From NCBI GenBank assembly GCA_043771175.1, contig JAYVHO010000011.1, positions 12,352-76,351 of the forward strand: a DNA stretch of 64,000 bases, given 5' to 3'. Below are positions 47,087 to 56,302 of this stretch, piece after piece (the first letter of the stretch is position 1; each line of letters opens with the position of its first letter). This DNA comes from a bacterium (GTDB lineage Bacteria; Patescibacteriota; Minisyncoccia; Phycocordibacterales; UBA1006). Below the pieces are notes generated by a model. That model saw nothing but the letters and a program-made list of their open reading frames with translations. It did no database searches and had not been told where the DNA came from. The position numbers and the translations under genes were made by a program.

Positions 47087-47353
47087 ATGTTAACCAAGCG
47101 GGTAAAACAAACAGTAATCAAGAAGTTCCAAGTAAGTCCAGAAGATACTGGGTCTGCAGAAGCTCAAATTGGGCTCCTCAGCCGCAGAATTGATGAACTT
47201 GCTCTTCACCTCAAGAAGCATACTAAAGATATTCACTCACGAAAGGGATTGATTGGTTTAGTTGCAGACAGAAGAAGACACCTCAAATATCTTGAAAGAA
47301 CTGATAAAAAAAGTTTTGTAGCAATTAATAAAGCTATCGGACTTAAAAAATAA
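47087..47353 (+). CDS. rpsO: 30S ribosomal protein S15
   Basis: TGSAEAQIGLLSRRI..L..HLK.H.KD.HS.RGL pattern. Confidence 0.93.
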   Translation: MLTKRVKQTVIKKFQVSPEDTGSAEAQIGLLSRRIDELALHLKKHTKDIHSRKGLIGLVADRRRHLKYLERTDKKSFVAINKAIGLKK

Positions 47354-47355
47354 TA

Positions 47356-47381
47356 AAACCCCGCATTTTTGCGGGTTTTTA
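47356..47381 (+). terminator. Intrinsic terminator after rpsO
   Basis: AAAACCCCGC-ATTTTT-GCGGGTTTTT. Confidence 0.8.
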
Positions 47382-47392
47382 TTATATATTTA

Positions 47393-47424
47393 CTTCGTCA
47401 TCCTGTTGTATAGAAGGATCCAGG
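47393..47424 (-). repeat. Intergenic hairpin repeat (partly degenerate)
   Basis: CTTCGTCATCCTGTTGTATAGAAGGATCCAGG; possible second degenerate copy near 47443..47492. Confidence 0.7.
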
Positions 47425-47536
47425 TTCTCATATGTTATTATTATCATATCTCGCATTATTTATTTTTATTATCGCGAGAATTTTACAGACTACGCCCATA
47501 TTTTTTACACTATATTTCGTAGTTTCATAACTTTTT

Positions 47537-48271
47537 ATGTTACAAACACATGAACGTGTTGTATTTTTAATTGATGCACAAAACTGCTATCATACAACAC
47601 AAAACCTTTTCCATAGAAACCCAAACTTTCTGGGAATTATTAAAGAAGTACTTGGCGACAGGGCACTTCTGCGCGCACTTGCCTATGTTATTTCAACAGA
47701 AGCAGGGGACGAAAATGCATTCTTTGATGCACTTACTTCAAATGGAGTCGAGCTTCGTAAAAAAGACTTACAGGTTTTTTACGATGGAGCTAAAAAGGGT
47801 GACTGGGATGTTGGTATGGCGATTGATGCGGTAATCCTTGCACAGAAAGCAGATACTATTATTTTAGTAACGGGTGACGGTGACTTTGTTCCACTGGTTG
47901 ATTATTTACGTCATCAAGGGGTGCGTGTTGAGATTGCATCTTTTATTCAAAGAACTTCACAAAAACTCGTTGATGTTTCTCATCAATTTCATAATCTTTC
48001 TGAAAATCCTTCTAAATTTGTTATTGGGTACGCTAATAACAAAAACCAAAATGGATTCAAAAAGAAACCTCAAGTGAATCAGCAGCCTGCCGTACAAAAC
48101 ACTCAACCTGTTTCACAACCCACACCCGCTAAAAAACATATTCAGCAACCACCTCAGGCTTCAGTATCAGAAAATATCAAAAAAGAAGTTTCTGATACCG
48201 TAGTAACCAAAATGGTAATCACACAGCCAAAAAAACAATATAAACACAAGCAAAAACAAAACCCGCAGTAA
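47537..48271 (+). CDS. NYN/LabA-like domain protein with Gln/Pro-rich tail
   Basis: VFLIDAQN.., GDWDVGMAIDA, LVTGDGDFVPLV motifs. Confidence 0.8.
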   Translation: MLQTHERVVFLIDAQNCYHTTQNLFHRNPNFLGIIKEVLGDRALLRALAYVISTEAGDENAFFDALTSNGVELRKKDLQVFYDGAKKGDWDVGMAIDAVILAQKADTIILVTGDGDFVPLVDYLRHQGVRVEIASFIQRTSQKLVDVSHQFHNLSENPSKFVIGYANNKNQNGFKKKPQVNQQPAVQNTQPVSQPTPAKKHIQQPPQASVSENIKKEVSDTVVTKMVITQPKKQYKHKQKQNPQ

Positions 48272-48283
48272 TGCGGGTTTTTA
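48257..48283. terminator. Bidirectional intrinsic terminator
   Basis: AAAACCCGCA-GTAA-TGCGGGTTTTT; loop contains the TAA stop. Confidence 0.8.
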
Positions 48284-49246
48284 TATTTCCCGTATCACAT
48301 CAAACCCATTCATGCTCCCCGTAATTGCAAGTCCATGACATTCTTGTGCAATGTGTTGTGATTTTATTTTTCCCGCAAGCACATTAAGCGTGGCGCCTGA
48401 GCCTGCAAAATCGTCTATGAGTAAAATTTTTTGATATTGTGTGTCTTTATAATACTTTGGAATAATCATAGTATTTTGAGCGTTTAAGATACGATCATTG
48501 ATGTCTTTAAGAGATTTTTGCTGCACCATGATAGGTGTTTTTATTTTCTCAATTTCTATAATTGGAAGTGTGAGATTTAAAACATTCTTGAGAACATCCA
48601 TTGCTTGGACTTCTCGCTTTAGTGTTGGTGGAATAAACGCCACAGCATCAATAGCATTATTTGAAATATAGGTAATTACGTCTTGCTTAATATAATTGAA
48701 AACCTCAACTAATATTTCCCTATTTTGTGTTTGTTTTCCATGAAACAACATTTGTGAAAGTTTTGTTTTACCAAATACAGGAATACTATACGGTTGCAAA
48801 TACACCAAAGAATCCAATTGCACATTGCCAGGAAATGAAGCTTTTATTTTTTGAGTTGCATTAATAATGTTACCAGTACTATATTTTTTATATTCTTGCT
48901 CATATTCATGAGCTTTCTCTGGCACATTAAACCCTCGTTTTTCACACCACATAACAAATGCAGATATTCCTTCTTGTTTTTGCCCATCGGGAGTAATCAT
49001 GTAAAAATTTGAAACTAGATCAGGCAAATCATTGTATTCTTTGCTTATTCTAGCGATGCTATGTTTTTGAATACGATAATACACTTTTGGAGCACTTCCA
49101 ATTTTTTCTACCACGCCTTCTTGGGTAAGTTTTTTAAGAACCCTGTGTACCATTACCAAACCAACACCAATTTTCTGGCTTAATATGCCGGGTTTTTCTT
49201 GGGGAACCATTGAAAGATATTCAATTATTTTCTCTTCCGTGTTCAT
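48281..49246 (-). CDS. Winged-helix plus phosphoribosyltransferase-fold protein (PurR-like or ComF-like)
   Basis: N-terminal wHTH (GILSQKIGVGLVMVHRVLKKL), C-terminal PRT motif ILLIDDFAGSGATL; start ATG 49246. Confidence 0.7.
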   Translation of the reverse strand: MNTEEKIIEYLSMVPQEKPGILSQKIGVGLVMVHRVLKKLTQEGVVEKIGSAPKVYYRIQKHSIARISKEYNDLPDLVSNFYMITPDGQKQEGISAFVMWCEKRGFNVPEKAHEYEQEYKKYSTGNIINATQKIKASFPGNVQLDSLVYLQPYSIPVFGKTKLSQMLFHGKQTQNREILVEVFNYIKQDVITYISNNAIDAVAFIPPTLKREVQAMDVLKNVLNLTLPIIEIEKIKTPIMVQQKSLKDINDRILNAQNTMIIPKYYKDTQYQKILLIDDFAGSGATLNVLAGKIKSQHIAQECHGLAITGSMNGFDVIREI

Positions 49247-49253
49247 GGTACAT

Positions 49254-49259
49254 AGTATA
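49254..49259 (-). promoter_or_regulatory. -10 box TATACT, leaderless spacing
   Basis: 7 nt before ATG 49246. Confidence 0.45.
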
Positions 49260-49494
49260 TAGTGAATTATATACCATGTCAAATCACTAGCTATAAATTA
49301 AATGATTTCTCGCGATAGAGATTACAAAAGAATAGTTAGTTACTTGCCTATAAAGAAATCAATTTATAAACATATTGTTTCTTAACAAAAGATACTCTTT
49401 TTTATAAACAAATTTTATACGCTGTCAAATATGCTATAGTAATTTCATACTAATAATTATTGTCTTTTCACGAGATTGCTTTGGTTTAGGTCAT

Positions 49495-49525
49495 CGCTGG
49501 ATCCCGCTAGGGCGGGATGACGTGG
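49495..49525 (+). repeat. Intergenic hairpin repeat, consensus copy
   Basis: CGCTGGATCCCGC-TAGG-GCGGGATGACGTGG; 41 nt upstream of pnp ATG. Confidence 0.85.
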
Positions 49526-49566
49526 TCAATAACCCCGAGTGCATACGTGAGAAGATAATAACAAAT

Positions 49567-51711
49567 ATGAAACAAGAAACCTATGAATTCAAGCATTCAC
49601 TATTGGGGGATAAACCTGTAGTGGTAACGCTTTCTGATTTATCTGATCAGGCGGATTCAAGCCTTATGATTTCTCATAACGACACCGTATTACACGTGTC
49701 AGTGTGCATGGGAAATGATGCAGAGAAAAACCCTGGGTATTTAAATTTAACCGTTGAATATCAAGAACGATATTATGCAACGGGAAGAATTTTAGGAGCT
49801 CGCTATACGCGTCGCGAAGGTGCTCCATCAATCAGATCAACTATTGTGGCGCGTATTATTGACCGCACTATTCGTCCCTTGATTCCACAAACTATAAAAA
49901 ATAGCATGCAAGTTGCGGTGACCACCATGTCTATGGGAGACAGCGACCCAAGTGTTTTGGCGGTACTTGGAGCTTCAATTGCACTGACGCGCAGCAGTAT
50001 TCCATTTAGCGGACCGGTTTCTGCACTTTCAATGATTCAAGAAACAACAGATTCAACAAAGCATTATTTTGTTCGCAAACCAGAAACAGAAGAAGCCACT
50101 TATATTGACGCAATTATCTGTGGAAACAAAGATGGTATTGATATGATCGAAGCTTCATTTAAAGAAATTCCAGAGTCTCTTGTTGCGGGAATTATAAAAG
50201 AATCAGAAGAATTCACCGCGGCTTTAAATGCTTGGCAAACAAGTATTCCGTCAGGAAAATCAAAAATGGTGTTGCCTGAAGCTATTATTGATGAACGTAT
50301 CACCGAATTTTTTATAGGAGCTGGGCATAGTATTATTTTAAATAATTTGTTTACTAATTTTGAAATGAATACAAAAGACAGACTTTCAAATCTTACCTCA
50401 GAAATATTGAAAGTATTTGAAGAGTTAATTGGTATTGAAGAGTTTCCACCTCTCAAGCGCCAACTTCTGGATATCCTCGACACAGAGATAGACAACCATA
50501 TTCACACACAAGGAATAGAAAAGAAAACACGCTGTGATGGACGCAATATGAATCAAGTTCGCGCATTGTATGCACAAGCTGGAGCAGGATTACCTCGAGT
50601 GCATGGATCGGGAATTTTTTACCGAGGAGAAACACACGTGCTGGCAACGGCAACCCTTGCTGGACCTGAAGGATATTTATTTGAAGAAAATATGGAACGC
50701 CAAGGCGACAAACGATTTTTCCTTCATTACAACTTTCCACCATATTCAGTAGGAGAAACCGGACGTTTTGGTGGCGCAAATAGAAGAAGTATTGGTCATG
50801 GAATGTTGGCAGAAAAAGCACTCCTTGCCGTAATTCCAAAAGAGATTGATTTTCCTTACACTATCAGAATTGTGAGTGAATGTATGGCATCAAATGGATC
50901 AACATCTCAAGGAACTATTTGTGCAGGAACCTTGGCACTTATGGATGCAGGAGTTCCCATTTCTGCACCCGTAGTAGGAATTTCTGTAGGACTTTTATAC
51001 CAAGATGAAAAAAATTATGCACTTTTAACTGATATCCAAGGACCAGAGGATCACTATGGTGATATGGACTTCAAAATTGCGGGAACTAAAAATGGTATTA
51101 CCGCCATTCAGCTTGATATTAAACTCTCGGGTGTTTCATCAAAAATATTACTCGAAGGTGTCAAGGAATCACGTGTAGCACATGAAACATTATTGAAATC
51201 AATTACCGATATTATCTCAGAGCCTCGTAAAGAACTTTCACAATATGCACCACGCATAGAAGTGATTATGGTTCCCGAAGAAAAAATTGGAAAAGTTATT
51301 GGACCAAAAGGTGAAACCATTCAAGGACTTCAAAAAGAAACCGGAACCATTATTACCGTCAAAGATGATGGAACGGTTATTATTTCAGGTTCACAAGATG
51401 GCGCCAAAGCTGCCCGAGCATTTATTGAAACACTTACCAAAGAATGGAAAATTGGCGACAAAACAGAAGGTGTTATTGTTAAAATCTTAGATGAAATAGG
51501 AGCTATTGTTGAATTTGCCAAGGGAATTGACGGCATGGTTCATATTTCTGAGATTGGAAACTTCCGTGTTCGCGCGGTATCTGATGTCCTCAAAGAAGGA
51601 ATGATTGTGCCTGTTACGATTATCAACATTGACTATCAACGAGGGAAAATTTCGCTTTCAATTAAAAAAGACAATCCTGACTTTATTAAACTTGAAGAAG
51701 TTAAGAAGTAA
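49567..51711 (+). CDS. pnp: Polyribonucleotide nucleotidyltransferase (PNPase)
   Basis: Two RNase PH domains, KH (GKVIGPKGETI) and S1 (GEGVIVKILD..GAIVEF) domains. Confidence 0.96.
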   Translation: MKQETYEFKHSLLGDKPVVVTLSDLSDQADSSLMISHNDTVLHVSVCMGNDAEKNPGYLNLTVEYQERYYATGRILGARYTRREGAPSIRSTIVARIIDRTIRPLIPQTIKNSMQVAVTTMSMGDSDPSVLAVLGASIALTRSSIPFSGPVSALSMIQETTDSTKHYFVRKPETEEATYIDAIICGNKDGIDMIEASFKEIPESLVAGIIKESEEFTAALNAWQTSIPSGKSKMVLPEAIIDERITEFFIGAGHSIILNNLFTNFEMNTKDRLSNLTSEILKVFEELIGIEEFPPLKRQLLDILDTEIDNHIHTQGIEKKTRCDGRNMNQVRALYAQAGAGLPRVHGSGIFYRGETHVLATATLAGPEGYLFEENMERQGDKRFFLHYNFPPYSVGETGRFGGANRRSIGHGMLAEKALLAVIPKEIDFPYTIRIVSECMASNGSTSQGTICAGTLALMDAGVPISAPVVGISVGLLYQDEKNYALLTDIQGPEDHYGDMDFKIAGTKNGITAIQLDIKLSGVSSKILLEGVKESRVAHETLLKSITDIISEPRKELSQYAPRIEVIMVPEEKIGKVIGPKGETIQGLQKETGTIITVKDDGTVIISGSQDGAKAARAFIETLTKEWKIGDKTEGVIVKILDEIGAIVEFAKGIDGMVHISEIGNFRVRAVSDVLKEGMIVPVTIINIDYQRGKISLSIKKDNPDFIKLEEVKK

Positions 51712-51713
51712 TA

Positions 51714-51741
51714 TAAAAAAATCCCTCATGGGATTTTTTTA
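51714..51741. terminator. Bidirectional intrinsic terminator
   Basis: AAAAAAATCCC-TCAT-GGGATTTTTTT. Confidence 0.75.
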
Positions 51742-53076
51742 TATCTCTTGCTCTTTTAGTGTAGTTAAAAAATTCTTATCATAAGATATTCCACATTGCG
51801 TTTTTGAAATACACACTGAATAGAGTGTTTTTGTTTCATCAATTTTGTATTCAAATACTTGTTCATCAATCAAGAGGGTTGCGGTAATTTTTTGATTTGC
51901 TGGTAAACGCAAAAATTCAGCCATGATTTGATTTTGATATGTTAAATATGAACTTGCATCAGTGACGGTAAATAATATTCCACGAGGCTGTTTTGGAGCT
52001 TGAATGATATATAAATCTTCTATACCAGCTGCCACACGTGTTGATTCTTGTATTCCTTGATTATTAAGATAAATTTTTCGAAGAAGCAATTCTGCTTCTC
52101 CTGCAGATGGTTCAAACATCACTATTTTATTTGAGTTTTTTACCAGTTCAAGCACGGGAGCCTTTAAATAAATTCCTGACTGCACTGTAACGGGCTTTGG
52201 GTTTATCAGGGAAACAGTATCAGTTAAAAACAACACCATAATGGCAACAATCCCAAAAAATACAATAAGTATAGAAAGTTGTTTATCTATTTTATCTTTT
52301 TTTGATTGCTCAAATAATGTGTAAAATTTTTCTTTTTCTCGTGCTTCACGCAGAAGCAGCGCAATTTTACCAGGACTACTTTCTCCTGTTATATAAGAAA
52401 GCTCTTTGGTTAATGTTTCAATTTCAAGAGCTGGTGTGATGTGAAGTGGATTATTTGAAAGTTCTTTTTTAAACGCGACAAACTGTTCATTTTCCTTTGC
52501 GTAGCCTCGCTGCACCATGATGCGTAAAATTTCTGCTGTAAGATCAGGGATATCATTATTATGTGAACCTGACATAGCGGCGTGGCCATCATATGGAACA
52601 TTGTGAAAGTGAAGTGTTCGCAGTGATCCTGCTTCTTTGTGAGAGATTTTTTCAATAGACGGGTCATTACTGAGTTCAATTAAAAATGTATCGGTGAATT
52701 TCTCAAGCATATCCCATGCAAATGCCTCAATACCAAACATGCTATTTTTTTCCTCATAAGTATGGTCAGAGCTGTGATACAAATACGGTGCAATCATGAT
52801 GTGAGGCACTTTAGTGAGCACATGAGACTGTATCACCATAGCAGAACCAACACCATGAGAAATGATAAGAAATGGGTCACGAAGCGATCTGGTAATGAGT
52901 TCAAATTCAAGTTTTTGAGCATCAAACGCCTCTTTGGTAGCAACTTCCGTCAAGTCAATCAAAAATGATTTTACATCAAAAATCTCCTGTAATTTCTGAG
53001 CAACATCTTGATACCAAAGCTTTTGTGCAGGCTCACAGTTTGCCTCTGTCACAATAAATACTTGATTGATCATCAT
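51739..53076 (-). CDS. Bipartite membrane protein: possible alpha/beta-hydrolase-like N-domain, one TM, extracytoplasmic C-domain
   Basis: IISHGVGSA and later DGH weakly resemble a hydrolase triad; TM LSILIVFFGIVAIMVLFL; start ATG 53076 behind TATACT. Confidence 0.6.
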   Translation of the reverse strand: MMINQVFIVTEANCEPAQKLWYQDVAQKLQEIFDVKSFLIDLTEVATKEAFDAQKLEFELITRSLRDPFLIISHGVGSAMVIQSHVLTKVPHIMIAPYLYHSSDHTYEEKNSMFGIEAFAWDMLEKFTDTFLIELSNDPSIEKISHKEAGSLRTLHFHNVPYDGHAAMSGSHNNDIPDLTAEILRIMVQRGYAKENEQFVAFKKELSNNPLHITPALEIETLTKELSYITGESSPGKIALLLREAREKEKFYTLFEQSKKDKIDKQLSILIVFFGIVAIMVLFLTDTVSLINPKPVTVQSGIYLKAPVLELVKNSNKIVMFEPSAGEAELLLRKIYLNNQGIQESTRVAAGIEDLYIIQAPKQPRGILFTVTDASSYLTYQNQIMAEFLRLPANQKITATLLIDEQVFEYKIDETKTLYSVCISKTQCGISYDKNFLTTLKEQEI

Positions 53077-53082
53077 GGTCAT

Positions 53083-53088
53083 AGTATA
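53083..53088 (-). promoter_or_regulatory. -10 box TATACT, leaderless spacing
   Basis: 6 nt before ATG 53076. Confidence 0.45.
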
Positions 53089-53234
53089 TCGTATTTTTGA
53101 CAAAAATTTCTAATATCTCTTTAAAACGTTTTTAAAAAATGTAAAGACTTGCACCAAAATGAAGTGTGATACCATTTGTTCACGAGTCAGAAATTTCCGC
53201 ATGACCACCACTCCCGCATTCTGAAACGCTAAAG

Positions 53235-54341
53235 GTGTACGTGACACACATTCTTTATTTACGGCTTATTTTTTTTAAACCACACACAATTAAAAGAATT
53301 TTTAGTGACCTTATAAAAAAACCTTACCCCATAAGACTCGTTCTTGGGTTGGGGTGTATATTATCTGCTGGAACCATTATTTTAATACATTCTACCCAAG
53401 CGCAAGCAGATGACATCTCTGTTAATAATGATGTTAAGCTAATTTCAAAAGATAGCTTACTCATGGATCCATCTATGACCCCCGTAGAATTGCCCCTAAT
53501 TTTAAGTTCTCGTGATTTTGAATCTATTTCTGAGGATGGAATCATTGATCCTGATGATGAAGAATATGGAGATATTACTACTTATATAGTAGCGACAGGA
53601 GATACACTTTCTCGTCTTTCACAAAAATTTGATGTCACCGTAAATACTATTCGCTGGCAAAATGGACTTACCAAAACTGCGTCACTTTCTGTGGGGCAAG
53701 AGCTTTTAATTCTTCCCGTAGATGGAATTACTCACACCGTAAAAAGCGGTGAAACGGTATCAAAAATTGCACAGTTATATAAAGCAGACGAAGGAGAAAT
53801 TAGAGATTTTAACAATCTAGAAATTGATGCAGGTATACAAGTTGGGGAAAAAATTATTATTCCTGGAGCAGAACCGTTACTTGCACCCCTAATTAAAAAA
53901 ATCACCAAGAAAAAAATTCTTGAGAAAGTTGCTAAAAAACAAATAAAATCTTCTGAAAACAAAAACTCTTCATATCGTCATCCACTGGCTGGACGCGGCG
54001 TAAAAACCCAAGGATATCATGGACGATTCCGCGCTATTGATATTGGTGCACCTATTGGAACCCCAGTAGTAGCGTCAATGAGTGGAACGGTCATTATCTC
54101 ATCATCTGGAGGATGGGGAGGAGGATATGGAAATTATGTTGTAATGGAACACCCAAACGGATCACAAACACTATATGCTCATAATTCACGACTGTATGTT
54201 CGTGTTGGTGAATATGTTTCCGCTGGGTCAGTAATTGCTGATTCTGGAAATTCTGGACGCTCAACCGGACCACACCTTCACTTTGAAATCCGTAATGGCC
54301 CCGCAATTCCATGTGTTTCATTTGGAATGCCATCTTGTTAA
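53235..54341 (+). CDS. LysM-domain M23 family metallopeptidase
   Basis: Two LysM repeats (YIVATGDTLSRLS.., HTVKSGETVSKIA..), M23 motifs HxxxD-like and GPHLHFEI; GTG start uncertain. Confidence 0.88.
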   Translation: MYVTHILYLRLIFFKPHTIKRIFSDLIKKPYPIRLVLGLGCILSAGTIILIHSTQAQADDISVNNDVKLISKDSLLMDPSMTPVELPLILSSRDFESISEDGIIDPDDEEYGDITTYIVATGDTLSRLSQKFDVTVNTIRWQNGLTKTASLSVGQELLILPVDGITHTVKSGETVSKIAQLYKADEGEIRDFNNLEIDAGIQVGEKIIIPGAEPLLAPLIKKITKKKILEKVAKKQIKSSENKNSSYRHPLAGRGVKTQGYHGRFRAIDIGAPIGTPVVASMSGTVIISSSGGWGGGYGNYVVMEHPNGSQTLYAHNSRLYVRVGEYVSAGSVIADSGNSGRSTGPHLHFEIRNGPAIPCVSFGMPSC

Positions 54342-54351
54342 AAACCACCTC

Positions 54352-55884
54352 TTATAAATGAGGTGGTTTTCTTTGTTGGAGAGCTTCAAGAATATGATGT
54401 TTTTCTATGATTTCTGATCCTTCAATATCAGATATAGTGAGAGCCAATTTATATATTTTTAAGAATACTCTTGGAGAAAGTTCGAGTTTTTCACAAGAAG
54501 AAATAAGGAGTGATTTTGCGTCAGGATTGATTGATATTTCTTGAAGGTGTTTTAGTGAAAGTTCACTATTGGGAATATATTTTTTAAATAATTCAAAAGA
54601 ACGTTTGTTTATTTTTTCTCGAGCCTGAGTAACTTTATCACGATATTCTTTAGTAAGTTTTTTGCTAGCATTGTCATCAATAGTACGAAGTGGAATATGT
54701 AACACTGGTATCCACATATCAATACGATCCATAATAGGTCCTGATAGCTTCTTTCTATATTTCAAAAGCTGCATTTGCGTACAGGTGCATGCTTTGTGTT
54801 CAGAGAATCTAAATCCACACGGGCATGGATTCATAGCACAGACCAGTAAAAACCGTGCTGGCAATTGAATACTTTGTTTGGCTCGTGAAATGGTAATATA
54901 TTTATCTTCCAGTGGTTGGCGAAGTGATTCAAGAACTCTCGTTTCAAATTCAGGAAACTCATCCATAAATAACATGCCATTATGTGCCAAAGAAATCTCA
55001 CCAGGGCGCACCAGTGTTCCACCACCTAACATGGCAACATAGCTGGATGTATGATGTGGAGCACGCAATGGTGCGCGAGTCATGAGTGTTTCTGGGTTTT
55101 CACTGCTATATGAGTGCATTTCATAGGTTTCTAGTGCTTGTGTTTGGGTAAGGGGTGGCAACAAATCATATAAAGCACGTGCCAACATGGTTTTTCCGGT
55201 TCCTGGTGGCCCGTAAAAACTGCAGTTGTGCTGTCCAATCACCGCAATTAAAGAACTTCGCAGTGCATGATCCTGACCTACAATATCGCCAATTTCAAAA
55301 TTAATAGGCATATCATGGTCGTTTGCCAAGATACTTTCTGAAACTAATACCATTTCTTCTTCTTTAATATGTGCAATCAGTTGCGTAATATGAGAAAATC
55401 CATAAATTTTAAGTTCAGAAAAAACACTCAAAACGTGAACGTGTGATTGTGGAACATATAATGTTGTTTTTCCTTCTTTTATGGAGGTATAGGCAAATGA
55501 AAGAATTCCCTTTATTGGTAAGATTTCACCAGAAAGATTTAGCTCGCCACACATAACAATGTGTTCATCAACCATAAATCCTTCCAGTGCGCTTAAAAAT
55601 GCCACCGCAATGGGTACGTCATAATGTGAACCTACTTTTTTAATATCACTGGGTGATAGTGATATCGTTGTTTTTAAATCACCCTGTTTGGGTGTTTTGA
55701 GATTATTATTTTTGAGTGCTCCATGAATTCGTTCACTGGATTCTTTAACATTGGTGTCGGCCAAACCAACTACCGAATAACTAAACAAATTTTTAGAAAC
55801 GTCTGCTTCTACGCAAACTAAATTACCTCCACAAATACTCGGCTGTATAGTAAACACACGAGCGTATGAGATTTTTTTTGACAT
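54352..55884 (-). CDS. comM: Mg-chelatase-like AAA+ protein YifB/ComM
   Basis: Lon-like N-domain, Walker A GPPGTGKT, LFMDEFPEF, C-terminal ChlI-like region. Confidence 0.93.
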   Translation of the reverse strand: MSKKISYARVFTIQPSICGGNLVCVEADVSKNLFSYSVVGLADTNVKESSERIHGALKNNNLKTPKQGDLKTTISLSPSDIKKVGSHYDVPIAVAFLSALEGFMVDEHIVMCGELNLSGEILPIKGILSFAYTSIKEGKTTLYVPQSHVHVLSVFSELKIYGFSHITQLIAHIKEEEMVLVSESILANDHDMPINFEIGDIVGQDHALRSSLIAVIGQHNCSFYGPPGTGKTMLARALYDLLPPLTQTQALETYEMHSYSSENPETLMTRAPLRAPHHTSSYVAMLGGGTLVRPGEISLAHNGMLFMDEFPEFETRVLESLRQPLEDKYITISRAKQSIQLPARFLLVCAMNPCPCGFRFSEHKACTCTQMQLLKYRKKLSGPIMDRIDMWIPVLHIPLRTIDDNASKKLTKEYRDKVTQAREKINKRSFELFKKYIPNSELSLKHLQEISINPDAKSLLISSCEKLELSPRVFLKIYKLALTISDIEGSEIIEKHHILEALQQRKPPHL

Positions 55885-55887
55885 TTA

Positions 55888-56148
55888 TTATTTAACGGAT
55901 GATTCAAGCTCCTTGATTTTCGCTTTAACTTGCATAAGGCGCTCCTCAAGAGAAGTCACAATAGCAACACTGCGTCCTTCTGCTTCAAAACGATCCGCTT
56001 GAACGGTTTCATCTTCTTCGTTATCGTCATAATCAGGCGCGGTTGCTATCCAGTCTTCTCCATCAAGCTTTCGTCCATATTTTGAAAGAAGAGTTTCAAT
56101 TTCTTGTTGTTCTTCATATAATCGTGTCAAAAATTCTTTGATATCCAT
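55888..56148 (-). CDS. Small acidic hypothetical protein (86 aa)
   Basis: Intact ORF with strong promoter, 3 nt upstream of comM. Confidence 0.55.
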   Translation of the reverse strand: MDIKEFLTRLYEEQQEIETLLSKYGRKLDGEDWIATAPDYDDNEEDETVQADRFEAEGRSVAIVTSLEERLMQVKAKIKELESSVK

Positions 56149-56155
56149 AAGGGTG

Positions 56156-56183
56156 ATTGTACCAATCTACCGTATACTGTCAA
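56156..56183 (-). promoter_or_regulatory. Near-consensus promoter, leaderless spacing
   Basis: Minus strand TTGACA-16 nt-TGGTACAAT, 7 nt before ATG 56148. Confidence 0.65.
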
Positions 56184-56290
56184 GCGATTTCAAAATCTGG
56201 GTAAAAACCTGATTCCGCAGAAAGTTTAAAATATTTTATAAAAAAAAGTAAGAGAAAAAGTAACAAGTTTTTTTGTTACTCCTTGTCTGT

Positions 56291-56296
56291 TATGAT
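56291..56296 (+). promoter_or_regulatory. -10 box TATGAT, leaderless spacing
   Basis: 6 nt before pcrA ATG 56303. Confidence 0.45.
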
Positions 56297-56302
56297 AATA
56301 CG